NCBI GenBank assembly: GCA_963664395.2
Contig: OY761159.2
Location: 4,448,001 to 4,512,000, forward strand
Direction of reading: 5' to 3'
DNA length: 64,000 nt
Source of the DNA: Candidatus Binatia bacterium
GTDB lineage: Bacteria > Desulfobacterota > Binatia > Bin18
A program made the position numbers and the translations under genes. Of the stretch, positions 28,182 through 38,137 are shown piece after piece (within the stretch, counting starts at the first letter, position 1; every line of letters starts with the position of its first letter). The notes beneath the pieces were generated by a model, which searched no databases, had not been told where the DNA came from, and saw nothing but the letters and a program-made list of their open reading frames with translations.

Positions 28182-31100
28182 ATGTCCGATCCAACCCTAT
28201 CAACTCTAGCTTCCCTTCTCCGACCAGTCGCTCGGGCTACCTTCAAGTATGCAGCTAGATATGCATCACGCTTGTATGCAGAGCGGAAGGCCGGACGGGA
28301 GTCCACCAACTCGCCCCTGATGGAGAGCAGTCTGGACCAGACCTTGGACAGATTAAGGGGAGGAAAAGTTGAGGATTCCTGGTGGCGAAAAATCCTGGTT
28401 CAGCTTGGTCACCAATATATCGCCCCGGATTTTTTGACCAATTCAGTGTTACAGGAATGGCTTGCTGACACGCATGTCACTAGCGACCTGAAAGTTCTGG
28501 CAAAAGCGGCCATCATGAGCGGCTCCGGCATTGATCCGGAAATCCGTGGACGCTTAGCCCACAGCTATTCAGACCGAACGGGTGAAGTCAGCGATCTTGC
28601 AGACGGACCAATAGAAGTTACAGTTGCTATTCTTGTGGCCGGGTACATCGCTTCGATTCCCTCCGATCAACGCCCGGCAACCGGTATGCTCCAGGAAATG
28701 TTCGGTCACTTCAATGAACGCTTTGATCGTTTAGAGGAAACCCGTCTACCAGCTCTAAGCGATCCAATCATTCAGCAAGCCCACACCCATAAGGCAAAGG
28801 AAGAATTATCCCGGATTCTTATGATCCGAATGTTTGATCCGCGTCGAACACTACGGAGTATCCAAGAATTGCATCAGCGTGTGGGCGATAAAGGCGATCT
28901 TCGTGCGGCATCCATTCCTACCAAAAACACAATCCTCTACTGGACTGCAATATTATGCGCCAGCGACGCCGAAACACGCGATTCTGCACGACAGCTCCAC
29001 GATGAGCTACGGAAGGCTGATCCTGACAGAGATCTCTCTATTCTGGATGCCCGGCTCGCGGAGGCTGATGGCAACCCAGATGAAGCGCTTCGTCTTCTGA
29101 GAGATCGTGACGACTCCGATTCCAGAACCATGTTGTTCGGCGTGCTGATTCGTTCTCAAGATGAGCACGCCGCCCTGGCTTGGTACGCCAAGCAAGCTGT
29201 GACTGATGATAACGAATTTTTCACAACTGTCGGCTGGTGGAATTGGACTCTTTGCATGGCCAAAGTCGGGCGCTGGCACGAAGCCGCACAGCGCCTCCTG
29301 AGCTTCGAGCCCCATTGGCAAGAGATGCCCATGCTCACATTTGTCGAAGGGGTCATCAACGCGGCTATGCTGTTGCCGGACGAGTATCGGGAGAGGGCGC
29401 TTGAGACCGTACCCATTTATCCCGGCGTCACCCCGACCTTGGGAGAGGAAGCTGAGAAACATTATGCTCGCGCTGCTATCTGCCTAGAATTCGCCGAACA
29501 GAGTACGAAGGATATCGCTGGCCCCGATTTGGCAGGACTTATTTCCGATTGGCGTCTTTGGCTTCGGCTGATGAATCCGAACCCCACGAACGCGGACATT
29601 GCCCACGATGAGGTACGTCAGGGCATGGAAGAAGGTGCGCGAGCGGTCAAGCTCATTCCTTTCGCATATGCCTTCAATATAATGTTCAAGGTTGAGCCAC
29701 TAAAACACTATCTAGAATACAGAGAGCGGCTTGGCGGGCTCGACGATCATGAGCTTCTGGCAGACTGTCTGGTTGCTGAACAATCCATGAAGCCCCATGA
29801 TCTCGTGTCCTATCTGGAGCAACATAAGACGCGATTGAGTGAAGTTATGTCTCTCGCCTTTGTGACAACAATGTACGTCGATGCTCTGGTGAAGGATGGT
29901 CAGACTGAAAGGGCGCGTGCACTCGTAACGGCATATGCAACTGACCTTGGCGAAGTACATTCCAATCGTTTGACTGTGATGATCGATGCCCATGAAGGAG
30001 ACGATCCTCGTAAACAGCTTGAACTTCTTTATCACGGGACAGAAGCGCTCATCGACTTAAAGAACCTAGTGGCCCATTTGAAGACTACAAACGACCACGC
30101 AGCGCTTCAGCCCTTGCTCTGCGACTTGTTCAACCGTGAGCGGACGGTTGAGAGTGCGCAAGACTTCGTCAAATGTCTCGGTGCACCTCCCTTCTTCGAT
30201 TACGACGCAATCATCAATTTTTCGGAAGAGAATTCCGATGTTCTTGAGCAGAGCGATGAACTGAAGGAGATGCAAGCGTGGGCGCTGTTTCAGGCTGGTC
30301 GGCTTCAGGAATCAAAAGAGATTAACGACAAGCTCCTGAGCCAAATGGGAAGCCCTGACGCTCTTCATCTCGACATCAATATCGCTATTGCTTCCGGTGA
30401 TTGGGAACATATAGCCGCGATCATTGAGCGTGAGTGGCCTCGGCGGGAGTCGCTTACTCCTGAAATACTTATGACTTTGGCTCAGCTCGCCGGCCGACAG
30501 GGTCTGACTCCTGACCGCGCGCTACAATTTGCCAAATTGGCCGCACAAAAGGCACCAAACGACCCTCGAATCCTGATGGCTGCCCATTGGCTGCACTTTC
30601 ACCTTGGACGCGATGGTGAGGCCGACCCAGACTGGCTCAAGCGCGCTTCCGAACTTTCTTCCCCGGACCAAGGGCCTTTGTGGTCTATGAATCTACGAGA
30701 CGTTATCACCGAATGGATGCCGAAGCGCCGAGATCACTTAGAGGAAGTTGAGCGGAAGTGGCTCAGTGGCGAGATACCCATGGGCTTGGCGGCAGGCGAA
30801 ATGAATATATCGTTCGCGCATCTCCTGCTTCACATCCCCGACCAGAATGCCGCCGAATTGGACGGTCGCCGCCGAAGGATATTGCCGATTGTCACCGGCG
30901 GCCGGAATCCAGTCGAATTGCAGCAGGACTGGACAATCGGGTTAGACGTGACCTCGATCATGATCCTTTCCTATCTCGGCCTACTGGAAACGGCCGTCGA
31001 GGCGTTTCATCACGTCAAACTTTCTCCCGACATCATGGAGTTTTTGCTCCACGAAAGAGACAAGGTTCGCTTTCATCAGCCTTCCCGTATTGCAGCAGCC

Positions 31101-34100
31101 CAGCGGGTTCGGGACCTCCAAAATCAGGGACGACTTCGAGTTGCTGACAACTTGGCCGAGCCCCCAAAGGGCATCACCAGCGAAGTAGGCATCGAACTGG
31201 CCACGCTCTTGCATAGGGCAAGACAGGACAACGGTCGGGTCATTTGTGTTCTACCGATCCATAGAGTCGGGTCACTGATGGAAGAACAAGCAGACACGAG
31301 CGAGTATGACAATTTGATCCATTCAACAATAGATCTCTGCATGCTGCTGCACGCTGAGGGGAGAATCGCCGCGGCCGATTATCAGCGTGCAAGTCTATTT
31401 TTAGACAGTCAGGGTCAAACAGAGCACACGAGGCCCTCTCCTTCGATCCTCAACAGTCCCATTTACGTGGATTCCCTTGCCCTATCCTACCTGCAGAACG
31501 CCAGAGTATTGCAGCCAATGGCCGTCGCTGGTCTGGATATCCGAATCCATCCGTATGTCCTAGAAGAAATGAATGCACTCATCGGAGCAGGTGATATAGG
31601 CGTTGATCTTGTGACAAAGATAGAACGGATTCGAGATATCTTACGAAATGCGGTAGATTCGGGAGCGGCCTCTTTCCTACCTCGCACGACTGACCAGGAC
31701 GAGCAGCTTCAGGAACGCGAAATCCGATTGCAGGTGACAGTCTCTTTGTTGGCGGGCAACGCTGCCTACGACGCGCTTTGTATTGATGATCGCTTTATCA
31801 ACAGGCACCCGATCTTGGCCGAACCTCCAGCACGATCCGTTCCTCTTGTTTGTGTGTTGGACGTTTTGCGCTCCCTCGTTTCTCGGGGACGTATCAGTGT
31901 TGGCGACCATTGGACAGCGCGTAACAAGCTTCGACAGAGCGGTTTTGTCTTCATCCCGCTTGAGTCCGACGAATTGATACATTGGCTGACATCGGCGAAG
32001 GTGGACGATGGTCAATTGAAAGAAAGCGTAGAACTGAAGACTCTTCGTCAGACCATGGCCCGTATATATTCCCTCAGCGTCCTGACTCCAGAGGAAACGC
32101 TAGCCCTGTCTATCAACCTGCACCGTGTGTGCAAAGCCAGTATCGACCGCGTGTGGGAAGACGAATCTTTGACTATCCAACAGGTAACAATGCAATCTGA
32201 CTGGGTATGGCGTCATCTGATGAACGTAGATATTGGGAGTCACCAGCATATCGCACGGGATCGTTATACGGATCGGATGCGAGACCTGCTATCTCTGCGT
32301 TTAGGAAACCTACTTTTACCCACGACTATCAGATCGCAAGATCGCCGTGCTCATTATACGCGTTGGCTCGAACGCTTCATCCTCGATCCTCTACGTCCCG
32401 CCAATGCGGACTTAATCGAGAAGACACTGAAGGAGGTCTGCGATGGGATTTCAGCCCTTGAAAACGATCAAGAGATGTACGGAAGTCTTTTTTTGGAGCA
32501 GTTGCCGAAGGCTGCTCGTAGGCTGGTCATCGCCCAAAATGTGGAGTTTGCGCACCGATGCGGTTTTGAAACAAACCTAGTCTTCTCGATAGGACCGGAT
32601 ATCAAATTGGTCAATAGCAAACTGTTTGCGGCCGCGAGGGAAGTCTTCGCCACAAAGCAGGAGAGCGTCGTTCAAGATGTTGCCGGAAAGGATCTGTTGG
32701 TCGATCTCCAGGGCGATGACCAGCATGTAGTTGTGAAATGGACTGACGACGAGGGAGTGACCCAGCAGGCCCAGGTACCAGACTGGGCTCTCCTCTCACC
32801 AAACCAGGAAGTGCGGCGTGATGCGCTTGGGACGATCATCGACCGCCTTGGACCGACCGCGACAGATTTTCGCGAGCTTCTCAACACCATTGACTCGCGC
32901 GAGCCCATCGACCAGGAGCTTGCCGCGATATTCGAGGAGTCTACAAACGGTGTAACGGCTGTTTACACTAGGCTGAGCCAGAAAATGGCCCAAAGGCTGC
33001 CTCTTGATGTCTCAGATCTTATCCCGCAATCCGTTTCCTATTTTAAACGATTTGTTGGTCCGAGCCCCGGCGCACGAGAACCTGAGCCTTATTTTCACGA
33101 CGTGCTCGTGCCCTACCGGAAAGCACTCTTGACCCGCGATGTTCGAGCTGGGTTCGATATCTGTTGCCTCGGTGCACTGCGCGACGACCTGACTCCTGGA
33201 CGATGGGTAACCGATCTTGACAATGATGCTGTGTGGGGCGCGCTTTCTTCATGTCATGCGACAAGTAACCCATTCTCGTTGCTCGGTGCACTCGACGTCG
33301 CACTGTATCGCCGGGAAGACGAACGTTTTCGCGAGTTCGCTGTAGAGGCCGTTGTCATGCTGTTAGACGAAGGAGTAGGGCGACAGGAGAGCCTTGATGT
33401 CTACAGCCTGCTTCAGATGCTCTCCGAATTCGTGCTCAATCGGCTCAATCTTTTGGAAAGTGGAGCTACGTATCCCGGCTACTGGAAGCGGATGGGCGCA
33501 TGGATGCAAGCAGGCATGATTGCCCGAGCTATGACGGAATCATCCTATTCGGTCAAGATCGGCGATTTTCAGCAGTGGCTCTACAGCAACATGGCCGCGG
33601 CCGGCGTGTATGCGGACTTCGTGCAGGCCAGACAGGAACCTATGCTTTTGGCGGGCCGCATCCTATTGCGGAATGAAATCCTCGGGCGGCTCCATGTCCT
33701 CAAATCACGCCATGAACGCGAAGGGCGCTACGTACCGAAGTCGCAAGACATTGACCAGATGCTTACACGGATCGATGAGCGTGGACAACCGTTTGTCTCA
33801 GGACTCCCTGGCCCGCTTGAAGGCCATATACGACCGACCGCCCCCGTTCCACAAGAAGTCACAGAGAAAATTGGAGACACATGGATAGACGGCGCTGAGC
33901 CGTCCGCTTTGCATCAACTTGTAACAATTTCTCAGTTTTTTGCTCTAGGCAAACCGGAACTGGACCGCGCACGGGAAGCCGTAAAGACGATAGGGGAGAC
34001 AAACGCCTCGACCGAGCCGCCTGAGAATCTGAGGCTTCTGGGATCAGCCAGTATCATCGCGGCGGCAAACCGCAACACGCCTTTGGCGGATGAAATCCTG

Positions 34101-34379
34101 GATGCGCTTGTCAGGATCGTTCCAAGATTGTCTACAGAAGAAGAAATTTCGATGATCCCGCAAATCATGCTGCAAACCGCAGCCTCGCATGAGGTGCACG
34201 ATGCGTGGTTCAAGTGGCTTGAGGAAGGATTGGCTCGTATTGCGACCGATTTGCCTCTGCCCCCGAATAAATCTCTGCAAGCATTCCTCGGCCCTCTCTG
34301 TGAGATAGAAAGAGTCTTGCCAATAGACTCCTGGTTTCATGTTCGTGCCAGAACTATTGCCCTGGTTGATGCTGCATGA
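28182..34379 (+). CDS. Very large TPR-repeat + PIN-like domain protein, putative anti-phage defence
   Basis: ~2065 aa, helical repeats; IGLDVTSIMILSYLGLL, IYVDSLAL, ALCIDDRF acidic PIN-like motifs; GAGGTG RBS. Confidence 0.7.
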   Translation: MSDPTLSTLASLLRPVARATFKYAARYASRLYAERKAGRESTNSPLMESSLDQTLDRLRGGKVEDSWWRKILVQLGHQYIAPDFLTNSVLQEWLADTHVTSDLKVLAKAAIMSGSGIDPEIRGRLAHSYSDRTGEVSDLADGPIEVTVAILVAGYIASIPSDQRPATGMLQEMFGHFNERFDRLEETRLPALSDPIIQQAHTHKAKEELSRILMIRMFDPRRTLRSIQELHQRVGDKGDLRAASIPTKNTILYWTAILCASDAETRDSARQLHDELRKADPDRDLSILDARLAEADGNPDEALRLLRDRDDSDSRTMLFGVLIRSQDEHAALAWYAKQAVTDDNEFFTTVGWWNWTLCMAKVGRWHEAAQRLLSFEPHWQEMPMLTFVEGVINAAMLLPDEYRERALETVPIYPGVTPTLGEEAEKHYARAAICLEFAEQSTKDIAGPDLAGLISDWRLWLRLMNPNPTNADIAHDEVRQGMEEGARAVKLIPFAYAFNIMFKVEPLKHYLEYRERLGGLDDHELLADCLVAEQSMKPHDLVSYLEQHKTRLSEVMSLAFVTTMYVDALVKDGQTERARALVTAYATDLGEVHSNRLTVMIDAHEGDDPRKQLELLYHGTEALIDLKNLVAHLKTTNDHAALQPLLCDLFNRERTVESAQDFVKCLGAPPFFDYDAIINFSEENSDVLEQSDELKEMQAWALFQAGRLQESKEINDKLLSQMGSPDALHLDINIAIASGDWEHIAAIIEREWPRRESLTPEILMTLAQLAGRQGLTPDRALQFAKLAAQKAPNDPRILMAAHWLHFHLGRDGEADPDWLKRASELSSPDQGPLWSMNLRDVITEWMPKRRDHLEEVERKWLSGEIPMGLAAGEMNISFAHLLLHIPDQNAAELDGRRRRILPIVTGGRNPVELQQDWTIGLDVTSIMILSYLGLLETAVEAFHHVKLSPDIMEFLLHERDKVRFHQPSRIAAAQRVRDLQNQGRLRVADNLAEPPKGITSEVGIELATLLHRARQDNGRVICVLPIHRVGSLMEEQADTSEYDNLIHSTIDLCMLLHAEGRIAAADYQRASLFLDSQGQTEHTRPSPSILNSPIYVDSLALSYLQNARVLQPMAVAGLDIRIHPYVLEEMNALIGAGDIGVDLVTKIERIRDILRNAVDSGAASFLPRTTDQDEQLQEREIRLQVTVSLLAGNAAYDALCIDDRFINRHPILAEPPARSVPLVCVLDVLRSLVSRGRISVGDHWTARNKLRQSGFVFIPLESDELIHWLTSAKVDDGQLKESVELKTLRQTMARIYSLSVLTPEETLALSINLHRVCKASIDRVWEDESLTIQQVTMQSDWVWRHLMNVDIGSHQHIARDRYTDRMRDLLSLRLGNLLLPTTIRSQDRRAHYTRWLERFILDPLRPANADLIEKTLKEVCDGISALENDQEMYGSLFLEQLPKAARRLVIAQNVEFAHRCGFETNLVFSIGPDIKLVNSKLFAAAREVFATKQESVVQDVAGKDLLVDLQGDDQHVVVKWTDDEGVTQQAQVPDWALLSPNQEVRRDALGTIIDRLGPTATDFRELLNTIDSREPIDQELAAIFEESTNGVTAVYTRLSQKMAQRLPLDVSDLIPQSVSYFKRFVGPSPGAREPEPYFHDVLVPYRKALLTRDVRAGFDICCLGALRDDLTPGRWVTDLDNDAVWGALSSCHATSNPFSLLGALDVALYRREDERFREFAVEAVVMLLDEGVGRQESLDVYSLLQMLSEFVLNRLNLLESGATYPGYWKRMGAWMQAGMIARAMTESSYSVKIGDFQQWLYSNMAAAGVYADFVQARQEPMLLAGRILLRNEILGRLHVLKSRHEREGRYVPKSQDIDQMLTRIDERGQPFVSGLPGPLEGHIRPTAPVPQEVTEKIGDTWIDGAEPSALHQLVTISQFFALGKPELDRAREAVKTIGETNASTEPPENLRLLGSASIIAAANRNTPLADEILDALVRIVPRLSTEEEISMIPQIMLQTAASHEVHDAWFKWLEEGLARIATDLPLPPNKSLQAFLGPLCEIERVLPIDSWFHVRARTIALVDAA

Positions 34380-34426
34380 TTCACCACACGAAACAGGCGG
34401 TTCTCAAGGTGCCCACGGGCCTGCCT

Positions 34427-34870
34427 TTAGTCAGTCCTTCCGGGGTAAAGATGGGAGATGAGATCCTCGGCGATCAAGTCGCCGACAAGCATCGCCTCAT
34501 CACTATCCCCAGGCGGAAGACCAGTGATCTTAGCATGAGAGGGGTCGGCTTCATATTCGGCCGTGGGGGCCAAGGGCGCTTCAATAATACCAAGTTCTTC
34601 GACGGTTTCTGAGACGTGTCGCTTCGTCTCCCCCACATTGAGTTTTGCAAACCGCCCGTTCTTTGCCAGTTTGAGTCTGCTCAGCCGTCGGACTTCACTG
34701 AGCTGGCGAGCCTCGTCATCATATCCGAATGCTTCCAACCAGTTTACGGAGAGTCCGTTTTCATCTGGTCTCAGAAGAAACGCGCTTCCATCGACGGCTT
34801 CATCCTCAACAAGTGACGGCTTCACGTATCGAACGATATGGTAGTCGTCGGGGAGATTATCTCCAGTCAT
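34427..34870 (-). CDS. RES/ADP-ribosyltransferase-fold-like hypothetical protein
   Basis: HIVRY (R), AF..R, GLSVNW (S), DPSHA.I (H) motif order. Confidence 0.55.
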   Translation of the reverse strand: MTGDNLPDDYHIVRYVKPSLVEDEAVDGSAFLLRPDENGLSVNWLEAFGYDDEARQLSEVRRLSRLKLAKNGRFAKLNVGETKRHVSETVEELGIIEAPLAPTAEYEADPSHAKITGLPPGDSDEAMLVGDLIAEDLISHLYPGRTD

Positions 34871-35466
34871 ATGTACAGGACGCTATTCAGATCGAACGCC
34901 TCAATCTGCCTCTTTAGGCCATCCAGTGTATCGCGTCCGCTTACTCTCGAAACAGGAGACTGAGGCTCTCGGCGTGTGAAAATGACATACTGGATTGACT
35001 GGTTGTTTATGAACTGAAGTCCGATGTGAGCCTCATTCTCACCTTTCCAAACTACGCGAAGATTGCCGTTTTCCATAAGGACAAGGCGGCCGCGTCTTAT
35101 CCACGGATTTTTTTTGAGGAACTCAAAAAAGGCATCTCTGGACGCGCGGGTGAGCGAATATCCATCAAGCTCTGCCTGCTCTTTCAGGACTTCGATGCGA
35201 CTCGCATAGGCGGAGTCTGTATCACGGATGTGTTGCGCTTTGGACTTGATCTCATGGTCATATGCTTCGGCGGGATCGAGCAGTAGAATCGATACCCCTT
35301 CCGGCTCGGAAGATTCTACCCCCTCGTCAGCTTGGAATATAAAGGCGGCTTCGTCTATCTGTCCTGCTGCTGGGGCAAGGTCAAACGGTACCGGGAATCT
35401 TTCAGGCTGCGGTATCTCCTGAAGAAAGGAACTCAGATCAATTGCGTCCGTATGAAATGCTGCCAT
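34867..35466 (-). CDS. Hypothetical protein translationally coupled to the RES-like gene
   Basis: ATGA overlap at 34867-34870; acidic, probably disordered N-terminus; NGNLRVVW core. Confidence 0.7.
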   Translation of the reverse strand: MAAFHTDAIDLSSFLQEIPQPERFPVPFDLAPAAGQIDEAAFIFQADEGVESSEPEGVSILLLDPAEAYDHEIKSKAQHIRDTDSAYASRIEVLKEQAELDGYSLTRASRDAFFEFLKKNPWIRRGRLVLMENGNLRVVWKGENEAHIGLQFINNQSIQYVIFTRREPQSPVSRVSGRDTLDGLKRQIEAFDLNSVLYI

Positions 35467-35587
35467 GTCGTGCGCCCCCGTTCCTTTCTGCTAGCACATG
35501 AGCGAATGCCTCTTCTGTCCGTCGTTCATCGCCAAATGTATGGATCGAATTTGTCTATATCAAGAAAATCGACTCCCACATAATGCC

Positions 35588-36751
35588 CTACAGGTCTCGG
35601 TCCAACCCGCGCTTCACAATAATTTCTTTCATAATCTCTGCTGTCCCTCCGGCGATCGTGCTCTGACGGATGTCTCGGTAGAACCGTTCAATCGCAAACT
35701 CTTTCATATAGCCATAGCCGCCATGCAGTTGGACGCATTCATACGCGATCTTGTTGGCCACGTTACAGCTATACAGCTTTGCCATAGAGACTTCGGTACT
35801 ACAGTCACGCCCACTCGCCAGCACATCAGCCGCATAATACGTCAACTGGCGAGCGGCTTCCAGTTCAGTCGCCATATCAGCCAAGCGATGAGACACCACT
35901 TGATGGTCAAACACCCGTTTGCCAAACGTCTCCCGCTCACGCGTATATTTGAGCGTATCTTCCAGGGCTTGCTGGGTTGCACTCACGGCCATACTGGCCG
36001 CAATCAGGCGTTCGTCCTGAAAATTCTGCATAATATAATAAAAACCCTTGCCCTCTTCTCCCAGGAGATTGTGACGCGGGACGCGCATATCTTCAAAGAC
36101 CAACTCGCCGGTATCCGAACTATGACAGCCCATTTTGTCCAGCTTCTTAGCCAGACTGAATCCGGGGGTATCCCGCTCAACAAGAAACAGGGACACCCCA
36201 CGCGATTGGGCATCCTTGTCGGTTTTGGCGGCAAGGCAAAAGACATCGGCGTGGACAGAGTTGGTAATAAAAATCTTGGAGCCGTTGATGACGTAAGAGT
36301 CGCCATCTTTCACTGCCGTGGTCCGCAGGCTGGCAACGTCTGACCCGCCCGAGGGCTCAGTCACGCCTATGGCACAGACCGCCTCGCCCGTAATCATGGG
36401 TCGTAAGTATTTTTCTTTCTGATCCGGCGTGCCGTTGCGTGCGATATGGGTCGAAGACATATCGGTATGGACCAAAACACTCGTCGGTAAGCCCAAGGCG
36501 CGGCAGCGACACAACTCCTCACAAAAGACGAGCGTCATCCAGATATCTCCGGCACTGCCCCCATATTCTACGGGGTGGCGGATACCCAGAAACCCGAGTT
36601 CACCCATGCGTCGGTAGAGCGACTTGGGGAAAAGGGCCTCTTCTTCCCATTGGTCAATATAGGGACGGACTTCCTTGACTACAAAGTTACGAACCTGTTC
36701 GCGGAATATCTCATGATCTTCATTAAAAAAGCGTGACGGCGCAGTAAGCAT
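35588..36751 (-). CDS. Acyl-CoA dehydrogenase
   Basis: AIGVTEPSGGSD, INGSKIFITN, KMG.HSSDTGEL, QLHGGYGYM.E, IAGGTAEIMK. Confidence 0.96.
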   Translation of the reverse strand: MLTAPSRFFNEDHEIFREQVRNFVVKEVRPYIDQWEEEALFPKSLYRRMGELGFLGIRHPVEYGGSAGDIWMTLVFCEELCRCRALGLPTSVLVHTDMSSTHIARNGTPDQKEKYLRPMITGEAVCAIGVTEPSGGSDVASLRTTAVKDGDSYVINGSKIFITNSVHADVFCLAAKTDKDAQSRGVSLFLVERDTPGFSLAKKLDKMGCHSSDTGELVFEDMRVPRHNLLGEEGKGFYYIMQNFQDERLIAASMAVSATQQALEDTLKYTRERETFGKRVFDHQVVSHRLADMATELEAARQLTYYAADVLASGRDCSTEVSMAKLYSCNVANKIAYECVQLHGGYGYMKEFAIERFYRDIRQSTIAGGTAEIMKEIIVKRGLDRDL

Positions 36752-36840
36752 TGGTATTCCTCGCCTCCTGTCATTCCATTTATTCCATGACAGCCCGAGC
36801 CTAAACGCTGAGTTTCAGGTGGTCAAGCCAAAGCGACGAA

Positions 36841-36880
36841 CGGCAAGAGCGGCAAGAGCGGCAAGAGCGGCAAGGGCGGC
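36841..36880 (+). repeat. 9-bp tandem repeat (CGGCAAGAG) x~4
   Basis: Three perfect units, one variant, one partial. Confidence 0.9.
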
Positions 36881-36894
36881 ACCGAGGAGGCAGA

Positions 36895-36985
36895 TGAGAA
36901 AAGGCCCGTAGGGGTAAAGGAGGGGAAACCCTACGGGCCATAACGCTGTCCAGCCGGGGAGGGTTGGACAGCGAGTTGTTAACTG
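36895..36985 (-). ncRNA. Candidate small RNA with two hairpins carrying CCUCC (anti-SD) loops
   Basis: Stems 36903-36939 and 36944-36973; TGnTATAGT extended -10 at 36992-37000 (minus); short U tail. Confidence 0.5.
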
Positions 36986-37155
36986 ACTCCTACTATAACA
37001 GAATCAGACCACATCGAAAGATAAGCTATCCTGAATTATTTGTAATTTATTTATTAGGACAACTAATTGTAGATTAAAACGCTCGGGTTTTACCGGATCG
37101 TGCTGGGAAAGCATGAGAGAGGAGAAAACACACCGCGGGCAGCTCTTAGAAGGCA

Positions 37156-38091
37156 TTACACGCCGACTTTGCTCCAGACCTTGAACTGGAGTCGGGCATA
37201 CCCGCGCTCTGTGGCCTCAAGATGTTGTGCGACTTCCTGGTGCAGGGCGGGCAGCCCATACCACGGGACCGCCGGCCAGGCATGGTGCTCGGCATGAAAG
37301 TTCATATTCCACAGCCACCAGCTGAAAAACGGCGCGGTCTGCATCGTGCGCGTTCGGGCCAGAATAGAGCCTTCGTTCGGCAATCCCGTATGCTCGGTGG
37401 TCACCCATATGGCTTGAAACATATGGCTGAGAAGACCCGCAAAAAATACCCAGCCCATACCCGCGGGACCGATACAGGCAGCAATAATCAGCCCGACCCA
37501 AAAGAGGGCGATCAGGCCCGATTGCCAGGCCAGTGTGGGACGTTGGTCAAGCGGTGCCCAAGGCGCGAAAGGCTCCCATTTCTCATAGGCCAGAAGAGGA
37601 AATCGCACCAAAGGGCCTATTTTGAAGAGCAGAATGCCCCAGCCGCTAATCATGAGCAGCCAATTTTTCCATTGGGTCGGCCAGGACACCGGTTGCCCAC
37701 CCAAAAACAACAGCTCAGGGTCCTTGTCGACATCTTGGGTGTAGCGATGATGATCAAAGTGGAACGCCCGGTACACAGCCGGGGCCATCCCAAAGGGAAA
37801 GCCGCTGAGCCACGCGCCCAGAGAGTTCAGCCAGGCGGACTTAAAGGCGGTTTGATGCGTACACTCATGAAAGGGAGCGAACAACGAAGCCCACATCCCA
37901 CTCAGAACAATCGAGAGCAGCCCTGCCGCCAAGTGAGAATACGGCGTGACGAGCAGCACGCCATACGCACACAGCAGGAAAGCGGACAGATGCAGGCTCA
38001 GCCGGATAATAGACGGCCAGTCCTGGCGCTGCTGAAGGGTGCGCAGCAGGGTGCGGTCAAGTAACGAACGGTGTTCAAAGGCTTCGTTCAC
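37156..38091 (-). CDS. Membrane fatty acid desaturase family (MocD-like) di-iron protein
   Basis: His boxes HECTH, HFDHH, HAEHH; TM segments. Confidence 0.9.
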   Translation of the reverse strand: MNEAFEHRSLLDRTLLRTLQQRQDWPSIIRLSLHLSAFLLCAYGVLLVTPYSHLAAGLLSIVLSGMWASLFAPFHECTHQTAFKSAWLNSLGAWLSGFPFGMAPAVYRAFHFDHHRYTQDVDKDPELLFLGGQPVSWPTQWKNWLLMISGWGILLFKIGPLVRFPLLAYEKWEPFAPWAPLDQRPTLAWQSGLIALFWVGLIIAACIGPAGMGWVFFAGLLSHMFQAIWVTTEHTGLPNEGSILARTRTMQTAPFFSWWLWNMNFHAEHHAWPAVPWYGLPALHQEVAQHLEATERGYARLQFKVWSKVGV

Positions 38092-38137
38092 ACCGCCACG
38101 CTACAACCAGCATCCGTAAACGTCAAGGAAAAATACC

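Noticed and set aside
28182-34379. Avs/STAND NTPase assignment for the giant protein
   Set aside because: No GxxGxGK[ST] Walker A motif found in the translation.
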